Positions 10,287 through 22,895 of a DNA stretch of 64,000 bases are shown here, in pieces. The notes beneath the pieces were generated by a model. The model worked only from the letters and a program-made list of their open reading frames with translations. It was not told the origin of the DNA and searched no databases. Made by a program: the position numbers and the translations under genes. The stretch is taken from NCBI RefSeq assembly GCF_040938485.1, contig NW_027271481.1, forward strand, positions 310,001 through 374,000. Reading direction: 5' to 3'. Numbering within the stretch: the first letter of the stretch is position 1; every line of letters starts with the position of its first letter. Source of the DNA: Diadema antillarum (taxonomy: Eukaryota).

Positions 10287-11474
10287 TCAATGATTGTGGG
10301 CATTCTTTGTATTGTATGACTTTTCCACGGTAGAAAAGAGAAGTTCCCGGTTGTCAGCTCGTTTGCAATTGAAAACATTTCTAATGGCAGCTCGGAACCT
10401 TGGGTACTGGGATGCGTATATGAAAGGGTTGGCGCAAGAGTTGACACAAATCAGCACAGACACAGCGCTGCGAAGTGGACTGCGTAGGTACGAGTTCACC
10501 TTTCCCTTCAGGACGTACACCAAGGCAATTACGTGAAAAGGAGCAAATGTCAGGATGTACGTTAAGACGATGAGGAGGGTCAGCCTAGCCATGCGGTTTC
10601 GAGCTCGTATGTGAGTGGACGATACCGACGAAGCCTGAAAAAGACCCTTGCTTGCGCGGCGCGATTGACGATGGAGTGACCAGGCCGTTACCGACTGTGT
10701 TACGATCATGATGGCAACAGGGAAGAAAAACCTGATCATGAGTAAGTAGAACATGATCGTTTTACTGAACTTGGCTTCATGTAGGAGCTTACAGGTGTTG
10801 TTGACTACCGCCAAATCAACCGAATAGAGACAGGATGTAAACGAGAAAACACACACCGCCGATATGTATGAATACATTTTGCGAGTGGTGACATAAGATC
10901 TGAAATGCAGTGGACTCACCACTGCAATCGTGCGTTCGATGGCTATTCCTACAAGAGTATAAATGGACATGTGGACTGGGACCCACATAAAGTAACGCGT
11001 GTATGCAAACTTACAGTAGAGCAAGCCAACTGGAGTACGCGGCACCCTGACAGCAAGAGGTAAGGGTAGGATAGAAATGGATGTCAGTAGATCAGAAATT
11101 GCCAGTGCTCCGATGAAGATGTCGGTCGAATGTTTATTGACTCCTACTTGCATCCGTAATGCGAGGATAACGAGCAGGTTTCCTAGTATCCCAACGAAGG
11201 CACAGCTCATCTCCAGACCATTCACCCACGTCAACTCAAAGACCCATACCCACTGCAATTGGTCGAGCTTTGGTGGATCACCGTATTGACTTGTCTCGTC
11301 ACTTTCGGTAGAGGAATTCCACTGCAAATTGCTTCTGTGAATTCCTGGAGTTCCTGCACCTTCTATGTCAATGGTTCTGTCCTCCGAGATGGTTGTTTTA
11401 CCGGAAAATGCGTCAATAGGAGATGCGAGGTTCCACTGGACTATGAGACCAATTGCTACAACCAAAGACCACAT
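10287..11474 (-). CDS. Class A orphan GPCR, copy 2, 395 aa
   Basis: Full 7TM ORF with the same motifs as copy 1. Kozak-like GCCATCATG start. Confidence 0.93.
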   Translation of the reverse strand: MWSLVVAIGLIVQWNLASPIDAFSGKTTISEDRTIDIEGAGTPGIHRSNLQWNSSTESDETSQYGDPPKLDQLQWVWVFELTWVNGLEMSCAFVGILGNLLVILALRMQVGVNKHSTDIFIGALAISDLLTSISILPLPLAVRVPRTPVGLLYCKFAYTRYFMWVPVHMSIYTLVGIAIERTIAVVSPLHFRSYVTTRKMYSYISAVCVFSFTSCLYSVDLAVVNNTCKLLHEAKFSKTIMFYLLMIRFFFPVAIMIVTQSVTAWSLHRQSRRASKGLFQASSVSSTHIRARNRMARLTLLIVLTYILTFAPFHVIALVYVLKGKVNSYLRSPLRSAVSVLICVNSCANPFIYASQYPRFRAAIRNVFNCKRADNRELLFSTVEKSYNTKNAHNH

Positions 11475-11509
11475 GATGGCGAAACCTAGAAGTCAGTCTC
11501 TGATTGTTC

Positions 11510-12166
11510 CTAGAAGAAGGAGGATTAACGATTATACTCGAATTACGTTTTGATATGACGTATTTAGATATTCAGACAGGCAATAACACATCGGAGATTC
11601 ACCCTCACTTCTTAAATTCCAATTATCAAAATTGCCGGAACATTCAAAAGAGGAGATGCCATGATAAGGTTTCCTATTTCTGTAAAACACAACATTCTTG
11701 AAATTTGAAGAATTCATATTAACAATCTCGAATTTTGCTGTTTGCAAATCTTTTACCAGGAAATCCACATAAGGTAGATCCAGACAACTAATATTGATGA
11801 AGTTTCAGTGGTGCATATTCTATTTGTGAAAAGACAATGACACGAATCATGTCAATGAAAAGAAAGGAATATTTAGTGTAGAGAGCAAACCCTACATACA
11901 TTGATCAAAACATTCACAAACCAGCCATGACTGGAACAGATGTAGCAAAGTGCAGATTAAATTAGAACGGGTGAACTTATGCTTTGGTCGGTGATATTAA
12001 ACGAGAACGAAAAAGAAGAAGAAGATGAAAAGGGTATACTGTATCGAGTAATGCGTGCTATATCCGAGAACGAAAGTCCGACATCATCAAAATATGTTGG
12101 TACTTCAAATAAACTCACCCATCAGACACAGACGGAAAAGTTGTAACAGAACATAACGCAATTTAC
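11510..12166 (-). other. Predicted 5'UTR intron of copy 2
   Basis: Donor GAC|GTAAAT and acceptor CCTCCTTCTTCTAG|G at positions homologous to copy 1. Confidence 0.6.
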
Positions 12167-12391
12167 GTCAAAGGTGTGACTATAGACACTCATCACAAGT
12201 CTGGATTACGGCTTAAACGATGCTGACAGTGTGTGGTAGTCTCATTCGATAGGACTTCTCCAAACATGTCTATTTGTACCCCATCTCAGACAGCTCACAT
12301 AGTCGTACCTATTTCTCATAAACGATTCGAAGCAAAAACTGAACACGTCATTGCCGCAGTTCGAGTACCACCAATAGAAAAACACCTGAAA

Positions 12392-12438
12392 TACGCAGGC
12401 GCATTGGAACGAGTTGCGCAATGACCGTTCTGCGCAGA
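12392..12438. promoter_or_regulatory. Conserved GCGCA/C-EBP module, copy 2
   Basis: TACGCAGGCGCATTGGAACGAGTTGCGCAATGACCGTTCTGCGCAGA. Confidence 0.55.
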
Positions 12439-14268
12439 GATTAAATTGCTAAGTGATTGCTGATCTCTACATGAGATAAGTGCTGGTTAAATTCAGATGG
12501 GTACGTTCCTCGACCGTAGCACGTGAACAGCTTTTAAACTGCTTCCCTTAACCCTCCCCAGGCCTGAAGGGTTCCCCCTCCACACACACACACACACACA
12601 CACATACACACACACACATGCTGAAAATCATTCCAAACACCTTGTGATATACAAACTTGCAGATAAGTTAAATTAAAGTTGCAAAGGATCGATCATTATG
12701 GCCGCAATCGTCATTTATAACATTATTGGAGAACATAATCATAACAGTCCTTGGCCTCCTATAGTAAACTGACAATCTTATTGGTAGGCCCTATTGTCAT
12801 ATGTGTTATCCGAGTCTTAAAGCAGAAGCGAGTTCCATTGCAAAAAGTCAACGATTCCTTTAGAAAGAAAGACAATTAGGATATGATATTTGAACTAAAG
12901 CCATGACATTGCATACAAACGAGACATATATAGTATTTGGTTGGTGGTATTGACATTGTTGTTACATGAAAAAATTTTGTACCGCTGATTGACAATCGAT
13001 TCCAAGAGAAACAAATCAACGCAAGATCAGTTTTGTATTGATTCCTTTCTCTAGTTTATTTCTTTCAAAATGTGTTAGATATCATGCCTAATTGCCATTG
13101 ATGTCTTCTATATAACCTTATCCAAATAAAATTATTCTTAGTGCGTGTGTCAGTCCTGTTCTACACCATCGTTCCAGAAAAGTTAAAGTAAAGGAAAAGG
13201 CAATGAATAAGTAAGTATGTGTATAGTGGGGAAAAAAAAGGGGGGGGGGGTTAAGGAAGATTTACTGGTAACATTACAATCATTTATTAGTTTGTTTTCT
13301 ATGTCCCAAACAACAACAACAACAACAAAAATAACAACAACAACAACAACCAAGAATCCTGTGAGCCCAAAAAATACACTGCGAATTAAAAAGTTGCGGG
13401 TAATATATTATTCAGTTACTTTATTTTCATCGAACATTACAATTACTCTATTTCCGTCGAGCAGTTTTATTGATCAGTTCATACTGAATACGATGAAAAG
13501 AGTTCGCTGCATGGTGAATTTATTTCTCTCTTGTGCCTGGAATGAAACATCAAAAGACAGCGAACCATCAAGAGATCGATCTGGAATCTTCAGTATTTTA
13601 GGCCTTTTCCTTGGAAATGTCGCTAATAGATTTCCCTCTCAATTCCTCACCCTGCACTTTTCTATAGAAAGGATACTAAAATCAAGGAATCAATACCGTC
13701 AGTAAATGTCGAAGATAAACCAAGGCTGTGACAAAAAAAAAAAATCTTATTTTTTTCATCTTCTGACCATCGAATTTTAGCTCGGCTGTTACAATGACAC
13801 GCACGCAGACAGGCTTGAAATTACACATTAGACATTTCTTGCGCTGAATGAAGGCTGCTTATGAATCATGATTCTTTAAAGGATTGATATCAATAGTGGT
13901 ATTAATGCTTGATATTTTCGTTTCATTTCCTTTCAAGTGAATTTTCATTTCCACTGGAGCAAATGTACTTCCCGATACCGTTACAAACATTATAGGGCAA
14001 ATTTCCTTTTAGATGATAAAAAGTTGAAAAAAAAAACGTTGTTATTGAGCGATGTCAGAGGTGCTGATTCCAATATGTTTTTTTTTTCTTTGTCAATCAG
14101 ATCTTCAGATATCCAAAGAGGCCGTCAAATATCAATTGACATTTTTAGTATTTTTCCGTATAAATGGTGAATAATTAAAAATCAATTGATGATTTCGAGG
14201 GTGCTGAATCCCAATGTGGATGATGCATCTCTTGTATCAAAGAGGGTTTTTACAAGGTAGATATGTAT

Positions 14269-14736
14269 GGGTGCGTTTATCAACTCTTTTTCTGGGCAGA
14301 AACAGGTTTTCCAAACAGCTTTCAAGGATTTTTTACGAGTTGATAAACGCAAAGCTGTTCAGTTTTGAAAGCCCTTTCGGAAAGCCTTTTCGAAAGCCGC
14401 AAATTTGTGGCTTTCCAAACAGGTTTCCTAAACAGGTTTTCAGAAACCTGTTTGTAAAAGCCTTTTGAAGTTGATAAACGCAAAGCTGTTTTGAAGCGGC
14501 TTTGTAGTATTGTACTGCAGTTACGAACAATGCACGCCTTATATGACCTCTTCTCCTCGAGTCGGATTGCGCAATGCAGCTGTGCAGTAACAGGCCAGTT
14601 ATCGTGTTCGCGAAGAGTCGATAAACGCAACTATTTTGGAAGCCGTTTCTAAAGGGCTTTGGAAACGGCTTTCGAAGGGGCTTTGGAAACGGCTTTTGAA
14701 AGCCGTTTAAACAGGGGAAAGTTGATAAACGCAGCC
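14269..14736. mobile_element. 468-bp PIF/Harbinger-like MITE
   Basis: TIRs GGGTGCGTTTATCAACT / AGTTGATAAACGCAGCC with flanks TAT/TAA. The empty paralogous site at ~20465 (GATATGTACGATATGGCC) shows a 3-bp duplication. Confidence 0.75.
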
Positions 14737-14870
14737 TAAGACATGGCCGTCAAGAATTCATATCAACTTTATTTTTTTTCCTTGATGAATTGTAAATGAA
14801 TTATAAAAGATGATGGCTTTAAACTTTAGATAGGGTAATAACTCTGCAAGAGGTGCATCAATCATATTCG

Positions 14871-15080
14871 GGTTCAGCGTATCGGGGCAATTACCTCCCG
14901 AGGGCAATTACCCCCGGCTAAATACTGGTTAGTGATAAGTTTAGAGTAAGGATTAGGGTTAGGGTTAGACTTAGGGCATAGAGTTTGGTTTAGGGTTAGG
15001 ATTAGATTCAGGATTATAATTAGGGTTAAGGTCAGGGGATGGGTCCGGGCTAATTGCTCAGGGGGTAATTTCCCTAGACC
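14871..15080. mobile_element. 210-bp insertion containing degenerate TTAGGG repeats (CMC/EnSpm-like non-autonomous element)
   Basis: Empty site ATTCGGATTC (~20600) versus filled ATT-CG-[GGT..ACC]-CG-GATTC gives a 2-bp TSD. Subterminal GGGCAATTACC / GGTAATTTCCC inverted motifs; TTAGGG-like hexamers at ~14947-15040. Confidence 0.6.
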
Positions 15081-16665
15081 CGGATTCAGCACCCTCGTAA
15101 TAGGATAAAACCATCAAAAACACAGAGAGCGGACAGTAAAACAAGGTTCTGCTTCTGGCACCCAGATTATTAATTTGAAAATGAAATAAGGTTCTTCGTT
15201 CCGAATGTTTTACTCAGGTTACCACTCTACGCTGACAACACAGATGTTTATATTTATTTCTGCAACATTATCGTTACTCCCAATTGTAAAGCGTGACTGC
15301 ACATTGTCCGTTGTCATCAACACATAATTGATAATTCATTCAATTCAACTAGTTTCATTACTTGTCTTTATTAAACACATCAACCCCGTCAAAATTTGAT
15401 TACATAACTTTGCAAGTACGTATCAAATCAACTTCAATCACATTTTGAACAGTAAAATAATGCGACACTACGATGATCATCAATGTAACGAGCAGGTATT
15501 TGCGATGTTCTGTAATAAGTATTCAAACAATTTTATCAAACTCCGTTAGGCTAATCGAAAAATACCACAGGAAATTATATATAGGCTTATGTGAAGTACT
15601 CGTATAAGCCTTATGAAGGAAGTTACTTTTGAATAGACAATGGTATACTGAAAGGTTGGATATTTTTAAATGATTATACAGCGTTGCTCTGTAATGTGGT
15701 AATGTGTGTGTTTGTGTGGGCTGTCCCTTCTGTATGTGTGACTATAATTATTCAAGCTCAAACAAAGTTTAGTTATGAGAGATCAGGTGGAGTAATAATG
15801 TCTTTGCGTTGCTTTCATTTATGTCTATCAATCTGCGGAAAAGAAGAAAGGTACCATGGTGGCTATTTGTCAGTAATATGTTTAATTATGTGATCAAGAG
15901 ATGGGTCGAAAACGTGCATGTATTTGAATAAAATATTATTGTTATTGTCGTCTTAATTATTATTTTCATCTTCGTCATCATCATAATATATCATTACTAG
16001 TCATCGTCACATAAAGATCACATTGGATCAATTGCCTCACAAAAGGACGACAATACAATTCGTTTCGTAAAGGTTATAGTTTCCTTGTTCGTCATAAAAA
16101 GAGCATCCTCCTTGTACATTTCTAGGACTAGTCAACAAATAACTCCTAGTTACGTTTGATTCCCTTCTTTTTTCATCAACATTCCCTCATCATTGATTCT
16201 ATTTGTGAAAACATGATCGTGCTGCATCTCATAACTTCCCAAATTTTACAAAAGTTTTGCTCGCATTTCTTGAACTGTTGGTAAAGGTTTTGAAGAAAAG
16301 ATTTTCAGCTGTAAAATAACCAACAATGAATGTTCCTCGTCAACTTTCTCTCATGGATGGTTGAATGGTACATCAAGTCACTTATGCATTTCGATTTTCT
16401 GAGGTACCCAATGGCCATTGCCAATCTGAGGATCCTTTATTTGCCCATATAGCTTTATTTTCGCACGGTAGGTATGACATTTGGCCCCATCTTATTATTA
16501 TTTTAGAATTATTTAATTCTAAACAGGACTACTATGATATATTTACCTATTACGTAGACATCAACCCACTTCCAGTAAAGGGTTTTTCGTGAATTCCACA
16601 ACAGATGTACGAGGGTATGGCCTAGTCATGTCATAACATATTGGGAGTGGGAATACATGCACTCC

Positions 16666-17859
16666 TTAATGAATGTGGACATTTTCTGTATTGTACGACT
16701 TTTCCACTAAAGAAAAGAGATGGCTCCGGTTGTCAGCTCGTTTGCAGTTGAACACATTTGTAATGGCAACTCGGAACCGTGGGTACTGGGATGCGTATAT
16801 GAAAGGGTTGGCGCAAGAGTTGACACAAATTAGCACAGACATAGCGCTGTGAAGAGGGCTACGTAGGTAGGAGTGCACCTCTCCCTGCAGGACGTATATC
16901 AAGCCAGTTAAGTGAAAAGGAGCAAATGTCAGGATGTATGTTTAGACGATGAGGAGGGTCAGCTTGGCCATACGATTGCGAGCTCGTATGTGAGTGGACG
17001 ATACCGAGGAGGCCTGAGAAAGACCCTTGCGCGCGCGGCACGATTGACGATGTAGTGACCATGCCGTTACCGACTGTGTTACGATCATGATGGTAACAGG
17101 GAAGAAAAACCTGACCATGAGTACGTAGAACATGATTGTTTTACTTGACATGAGACCATGCAGGAGTCTACAGGTGTTGTTGATCACCGCCAAATCAACC
17201 GAATAGAGACAGGATGTAAACGAGAGAACACACACCGCCGATATGAATGAATAAATTTTGCGAGTGGTGACATAAGATCGGAAATGGAGTGGACTCACCA
17301 CTGCAATCGTGCGTTCGATTGCAATTCCTACAAGAGTATAAATGGACATGTGGACTGCGACCCACATGAAGTTACGCGGGTATACAAACTTACAGTAGAG
17401 CGAACCAACTGGAGTACGCGGCACCCTGACAGCAAGAGGTAAGGGTAGGATAGAAATGGATGTCAGTAGATCAAAAACTGCCAGTGCTCCGATGAAGATG
17501 TCGGTCGAATGTTTATTGACTCCTACTTGCATCCGTAATGCGAGGATAACGAGCAGGTTTCCTAGTATCCCAACGAAGGCACAGCTCATCTCTAGACCAT
17601 TCACCCACGTCCACTCAAAGACCCATACCCACTGCAATTGGTCAAGCTTTGGAGGATCACCGGATTGACTTGTCTCGTCGCTTTCGGTAGAAGAATTCAA
17701 TGACAAATTGCTTCTGTGAATTTCTGGAATTGCTGCTACTTCTATGTTTATGGTTCGCTCCTCCGGTATGGTGGTTTTACAAGAAAATGCGTTAAGTGTC
17801 GATGCTAGGTCTCCATGGACTATGATACCAATCACTACAAATCGAACCCAAGACCACAT
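16666..17859 (-). pseudogene. GPCR copy 3 with a single premature stop in TM6
   Basis: ORFs 16942-17859 and 16666-16902 are in the same frame. Codon TTA(Leu)>TAA at 16942-16944. Otherwise a full-length 7TM sequence. Confidence 0.85.
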
Positions 17860-17892
17860 GATGGTGAGTCTTGTGTCAGTCTCGGATATTTC

Positions 17893-18433
17893 CTAGAAGA
17901 AGGATAAACAGTTATACTCGAATTACGTTTTGAAATGATGCAAAATTCTTAATATTTGAAGAATTCGTATTTACTCTCTCGAATGTTGCCGTTTTCAAAT
18001 CTTTTCTCAAGCACTCTACCAAAAAGTACATCGTGATAACTAGCATTGATGAAGTAAAGCACACTGTATCCATGTTTCAGATACAGTGAAAAGGCGATGA
18101 CATGAATCATGCCAATGAAAAAAAAAAGAGAGAATATTTAGTGTTGAGAGGAAACCATACAATAAACATCTGTCAAAAATTCACAAACCAGCCATTACTG
18201 GAAAAGATGTAGCAAAGTTGTGTGGAAATTAGAACTGGTGAACTTATGCTTTGCTTGGTTATATTAACGAGAACGAAAAGAAGAAGTAGCAGAAGAAGAA
18301 GAAATGGGTATCGGGTTGTACGTGCTATATCCGAGAATGAAAATCCCACATCATCAAAATATATCTATACTTCAAATAAACTCTCCCATGAGATACACAC
18401 GGAAAAACTGTATCAGAATATAACGCAACTTAC
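17893..18433 (-). other. Predicted 5'UTR intron of copy 3
   Basis: Donor GAC|GTAAGT and acceptor TCCTTCTTCTAG|G; shortened by internal deletion. Confidence 0.55.
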
Positions 18434-18659
18434 GTCAAAGGTGTGACTACAGACACTCTTCACAAGTCAGGATTATGGCGAAAACGATGCTGACAGTGTG
18501 TCGTAGTCTCAATGGATCGGACTTCTCTGAAGATATCTATTTGTACCCCATCTCAGACAGATAACATTGTAGAACCTATTTCTCATTACACGATTCGAAG
18601 CAAAAACTGTACACGTCATTGTCGCAGTTCGAGTACCACCAACAGAAAAACATCTGAAA

Positions 18660-18690
18660 TACGCAGGCGCATTGGAACGAGTTGCGCAAT
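18660..18690. promoter_or_regulatory. Conserved GCGCA/C-EBP module, copy 3 (third GCGCA site deleted)
   Basis: TACGCAGGCGCATTGGAACGAGTTGCGCAAT followed by a deletion relative to the other units. Confidence 0.5.
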
Positions 18691-18753
18691 GACCGTTCAC
18701 ACACTGAAAAATCGTTCCGCACCCCCTGTGATTTAAGCTTGCAGATAAGTTAA

Positions 18754-19138
18754 AGGGTGTGTACAGTTCTGGTCGAGGTGAGGATTTACCTGTTCACGTT
18801 TTGAGAGATATTCAGAAACCACTCTATGAGATGTCAAAGAGCATGCAATTCTAAGGGGTATCAAAACTTTACTTGATGAAAATCGGTTTTGAAATGGCTA
18901 AGATATCCAAAAAACAAGGGGAAACAAAGAGATCCTGATAAAAGGCGTGGTCTGTCGCCTTTTATTATTATCATTTTTCTTATATCTCAGCCATTTGAAA
19001 ACCAATTTTCGTCAAATAGATATTGAATCCTTCATAAAATTACATGCTCTTTCATATTTATAAGAGGTTTCTCATTTTCTCAATTATGGGAATGTTCAAA
19101 ACATGAGTCCCCACCTCAACCAGTACTGTACAGTCCCT
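18754..19138. mobile_element. 385-bp Kolobok/T2-type MITE
   Basis: TTAA TSDs at 18750-18753 and 19139-19142. TIRs AGGGTGTGTACAGTTCTGGTCGAGGTG / CACCTCAACCAGTACTGTACAGTCCCT. Confidence 0.85.
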
Positions 19139-21185
19139 TTAAGTTGCAGATACGATAAATTAAGTTGCATAGTGTCAGTCATTGTGACCCTAAACGTAAA
19201 TTACAACAGTATTGGTGAGCCTGATCATAAAAGTCCTTGACCTCTTTTAGTAAACTTGTCTGATGATCTTATTGGTAGGCCCTGTACACATCTATAAGTA
19301 TCCGAGTCTTAGAGCATTAGCGAATTCCATTGAAAATGTCAACGATTCTTTAAAAAAAGAAGACAATTATGATGTAACATTTGAATTATTTAAAGCAACG
19401 ACATTGTATACAACCGAGACATGTGGATGTTCGTATTGACATTGCTGCCACATGAGCAAAGATTGTACAGCTGATTGATACTCAATTCCAAAAGAAACAA
19501 CTCGACGCAAGATCAGTTTTGTGTTGATTCCTTTCTCTGCTTTTTTTTCCTTTCAAAATGTGTTAAATATCATATTCTAATTGCGTCTCTATAACCGTAT
19601 CCAGCTAAAACGATTTTTAGTGCGTGTGTCACTAGTTCGTAGCTGTTCTATACCATCGTTCCCGAAAAGTTAAAGTAAAGTAAAAGGCAGTGAGTAAGTA
19701 TGTGTATATTGGGGGAGGGGGGGGGGGGGTAGGTGAGATTTACAGGTAACATCACAATCATTTATTTTTTCATGTCCCAAACAACAACAGCAACCAAGAT
19801 TGCGATGAAGCCAAGAAAATACTCTGCGAATATAAAAGTCGCAGATATTACTCTGTTACTTTATTTTCATAGGACATTACAATTTCTTTATTTCCATCGA
19901 ACAGATTTATCGATCAGTTCATACTGAATACGATGAAAGGAGCTCGCTGCATGGTCAATTTATTTCTCTTGTGCCTGGAATGAAACATCAAAATACAGCG
20001 AACCGTCAAGAGATCGATCAGGAATCATCAGTATCTTAGGATTTTTCGTTTGAAATGTCGCTAATAGATTTTCCATTCAATTCATTACCCTGCACTCTTC
20101 TAAAGAAAGGATACTGAAATCAATTTTTATGTGTGAATTTTTTATTACTGCCGGAAATGTACTTAGAGATACTATTACGAACATTCATAAGGCAAGTTTC
20201 TTTTTTGATGATAAAAGTTTTAAAAAATTGTTGTTTTCTAAGTTTAATGGTGCTGATTTTTTATATGCTTGCGATAAGCGTTTAACCCTGAGGTCTTCAG
20301 ATATCAAAAGTGATCGTCAAATATCAATCGATATTTTGAAATAAGTACTTCCGTACAAATTGTGAAAAATTAAGAATCAATTGATGGGTTTACTCTATTT
20401 CGAGGGTGCTGAATCCAAATCTGGATGATGCAACTCTTGTATCAATGAGGGTTTTTACAATGTAGATATGTACGATATGGCCGTCAAAAATTGATATTCT
20501 CTTTATTTTCTTTTTCCTGATGAATTCTAAATGAATTACAAAAGATGATGGTTTTAAGCTTTAGTGAGGGTAATAAATCTGCACGAGGTGCATCAACCAG
20601 ATTCGGATTCAGAACCCTCGTAATGGGATGAAACCATCAAAGACATATAGGGTGGATAGGAAAACAAGGTTCTGCTTTTGGCACCCAGTTTATCAATTCG
20701 AAAGTGAAAAAAGAAGGTTATTTGTACTGAATGTTTTCACCCAGTTGACCACTCTACGTTGACAATGTAGATGCTTATATTTCTGCAACATTGTCGTTAC
20801 TTCCAATATAAGTGTGACTGCACATTGTCCGTTGTCATCAATACATACTAGATGATTCATTTAATTCAATTCATTTCATTAGATGTCTTTATGAAACACG
20901 TCGACCCCAGTCAAAATTGGGTTACATAAGTTTGCAAGTACGTATTACTAGTAAATCAATATCAATCACATATCAAGCAGTAAAATAATGCGACACTACA
21001 GATGATCATCTACGTATCAAAACGAGCAGGTGTTTGCGATGTTCTGTAATACTTATTTGAACAATTTTATAAAACCCCAGTAAAGGCTGATTGAAAAATA
21101 CCACAGGAAAAGTAAATGTTAGGTTTATGTAAAGTGTAAAACCTTATTTGAAGGAAGTTACTTTAGAATAGACGGGTTGGAAATT

Positions 21186-21294
21186 TGTAACTGAAATTTG
21201 TAACTGTGTTTGTAAATTCCACAAATCTATACATGGAGTTGTCGATTTATGTACTACATGATGTGAAATTATGAAAATCGTCTGGAATGTCCCT
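21186..21294. mobile_element. Right-end remnant of a Kolobok/T2-type element at a deletion junction
   Basis: Ends CTGGAATGTCCCT|TTAA; unit sequence restarts right after the TTAA at 21295-21298. Confidence 0.45.
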
Positions 21295-21492
21295 TTAAAT
21301 TAATGTTACATAGGATCGGAAATTAAGACCAACATGATTATTACCTATACGTGCTTTCCTGAACATTCCAGCGACTGCAAACGTTAGTTACAACATTACT
21401 GAAGAACCTGATCATAACAGTCCTTGGCCTCCTATAGTAAACTGACAATCTTATTGGTAGGCCCTACAGTCATCTTTAAGTATCCCAGTCTT

Positions 21493-21854
21493 AGATGTCA
21501 TGTTTACCTTTGGGAGCAGTGATTTAAACAATGTTCAAAATATCACTTTTGATGCATAGGTGTAGGTATGTTGTTCACAAAACATCCTACCATATAAAAT
21601 TTTTGTAACATAGCCTAAAATATGAGGGGATATCACTATTTTTCTTATTCCTAAACCATAACTGTGGACGGTTTAGCCTGAAAACATTTTTGTTATAACT
21701 ATTGTTCACATTTGTATATTCAACAATACTTAACATTGATTATACTGGTTCAAATTTTTACATTGGTTGTTTCTATCATCAACTTGAATTATAGAACTAT
21801 ATTGACGCTCTAATGCTGGGTTTTTGTTTCATTTGCAAATGGTAAATAATGCCT
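21493..21854. mobile_element. Degenerate TTAA-targeting MITE
   Basis: Imperfect TIRs AGATGTCATGTTTACC / GGTAAATAATGCCT|TTAA; sequence is absent from paralogous spacers. Confidence 0.5.
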
Positions 21855-21858
21855 TTAA

Positions 21859-22419
21859 AGGACAAGTCCACCTTCATACACATAAGGGTTGAGAGAATGC
21901 AGCAATATTAGTAGAACATATCAGTGAAAGTTTGAGGAAAATTGGACAATCCGTTCAAACGTTACGAATATTTTAAGTATCTGCGCAGTCACTGCTGGAA
22001 GAGAAGACTACTACAGTGTATGATGTCACATGCGTACAACTATATAAGGGAAATAAAAAGAGAATTTCACAAAACTTTACTTTTTGAATAAAGTGCACAT
22101 TTCCTCGACTTGCTACTGACGTATACGTTAAGGGTAATATTATTCCCCCTGCCTTCTGAAAGAGAGAAGTCGAGTGTTCTTTTGTTTTGCGAGAAAAATG
22201 GAAATATGTTGAATTTTCTTTATTCTTTCTTCATATCGTTGTACTCATGTGGCATCACAAGCTATAGTAGTCTTTTCATCCAGCCATGACTGAGAAGAAA
22301 CTTCAAAAATTCATAACTTTTGAACGGATTGTCCGATTTTGTTCAAACTCTCACTGATGTGTTCTACTAATATTGCTGTATTCACTCAACCCACATGTCT
22401 ATGAAGGTGAACTTGTCCT
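21859..22419. mobile_element. 561-bp Kolobok/T2-type MITE (same family as 53172-53739)
   Basis: TTAA TSDs at 21855-21858 and 22420-22423. Long TIRs AGGACAAGTCCACCTTCAT.. / ..ATGAAGGTGAACTTGTCCT. Confidence 0.88.
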
Positions 22420-22793
22420 TTAACGCATAAACGAATTCCATTGAAAAAAAGTCGACGATTCCTTAAAAAAACAATTGGGATATGACATTTGAATTAAAGC
22501 AACGACATTGCATACAAACGAGACATATATTTGGTTGGTCGTATTTACATTATTGTCACATGAGCAAATATTGTACAGCTGACTGACAATCAGTTGCAAA
22601 AGAAACAACTCGACGCAAGAACAGTTTCGTAATGATTCCTTTCTATAATGTATTTCTTCCAAATACCTTAGATATTATTCCTAATTCGGTCTTCTAACGT
22701 ATTCAGAAAAAAAACGATTCTTAGTGCGTGTGTAAAGCCCTGTCCCACACCATCGCTCCCAAAAAGTTAAAGTAAAGTAAAAACAAGTACATG

Positions 22794-22895
22794 CAGAGGC
22801 GGATCCAGGAATTCCGTAAAGGGGAGGTGATTTTACAAAATTCAAGGGGAGGGGGAGGGGGGGGGGCCGGTGCGCCCCGCCTGGATCCGCCACTG
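22794..22895. mobile_element. 102-bp hAT-like mini-element
   Basis: TIRs CAGAGGCGGATCCAGG / CCTGGATCCGCCACTG with a G-rich core. Imperfect flanking duplication TACATG/CACATG. Confidence 0.55.

Noticed and set aside
14947-15040. Relic telomere or chromosome fusion site
   Set aside because: Short, degenerate and enclosed in a TSD-flanked insertion absent from the paralogous spacer.
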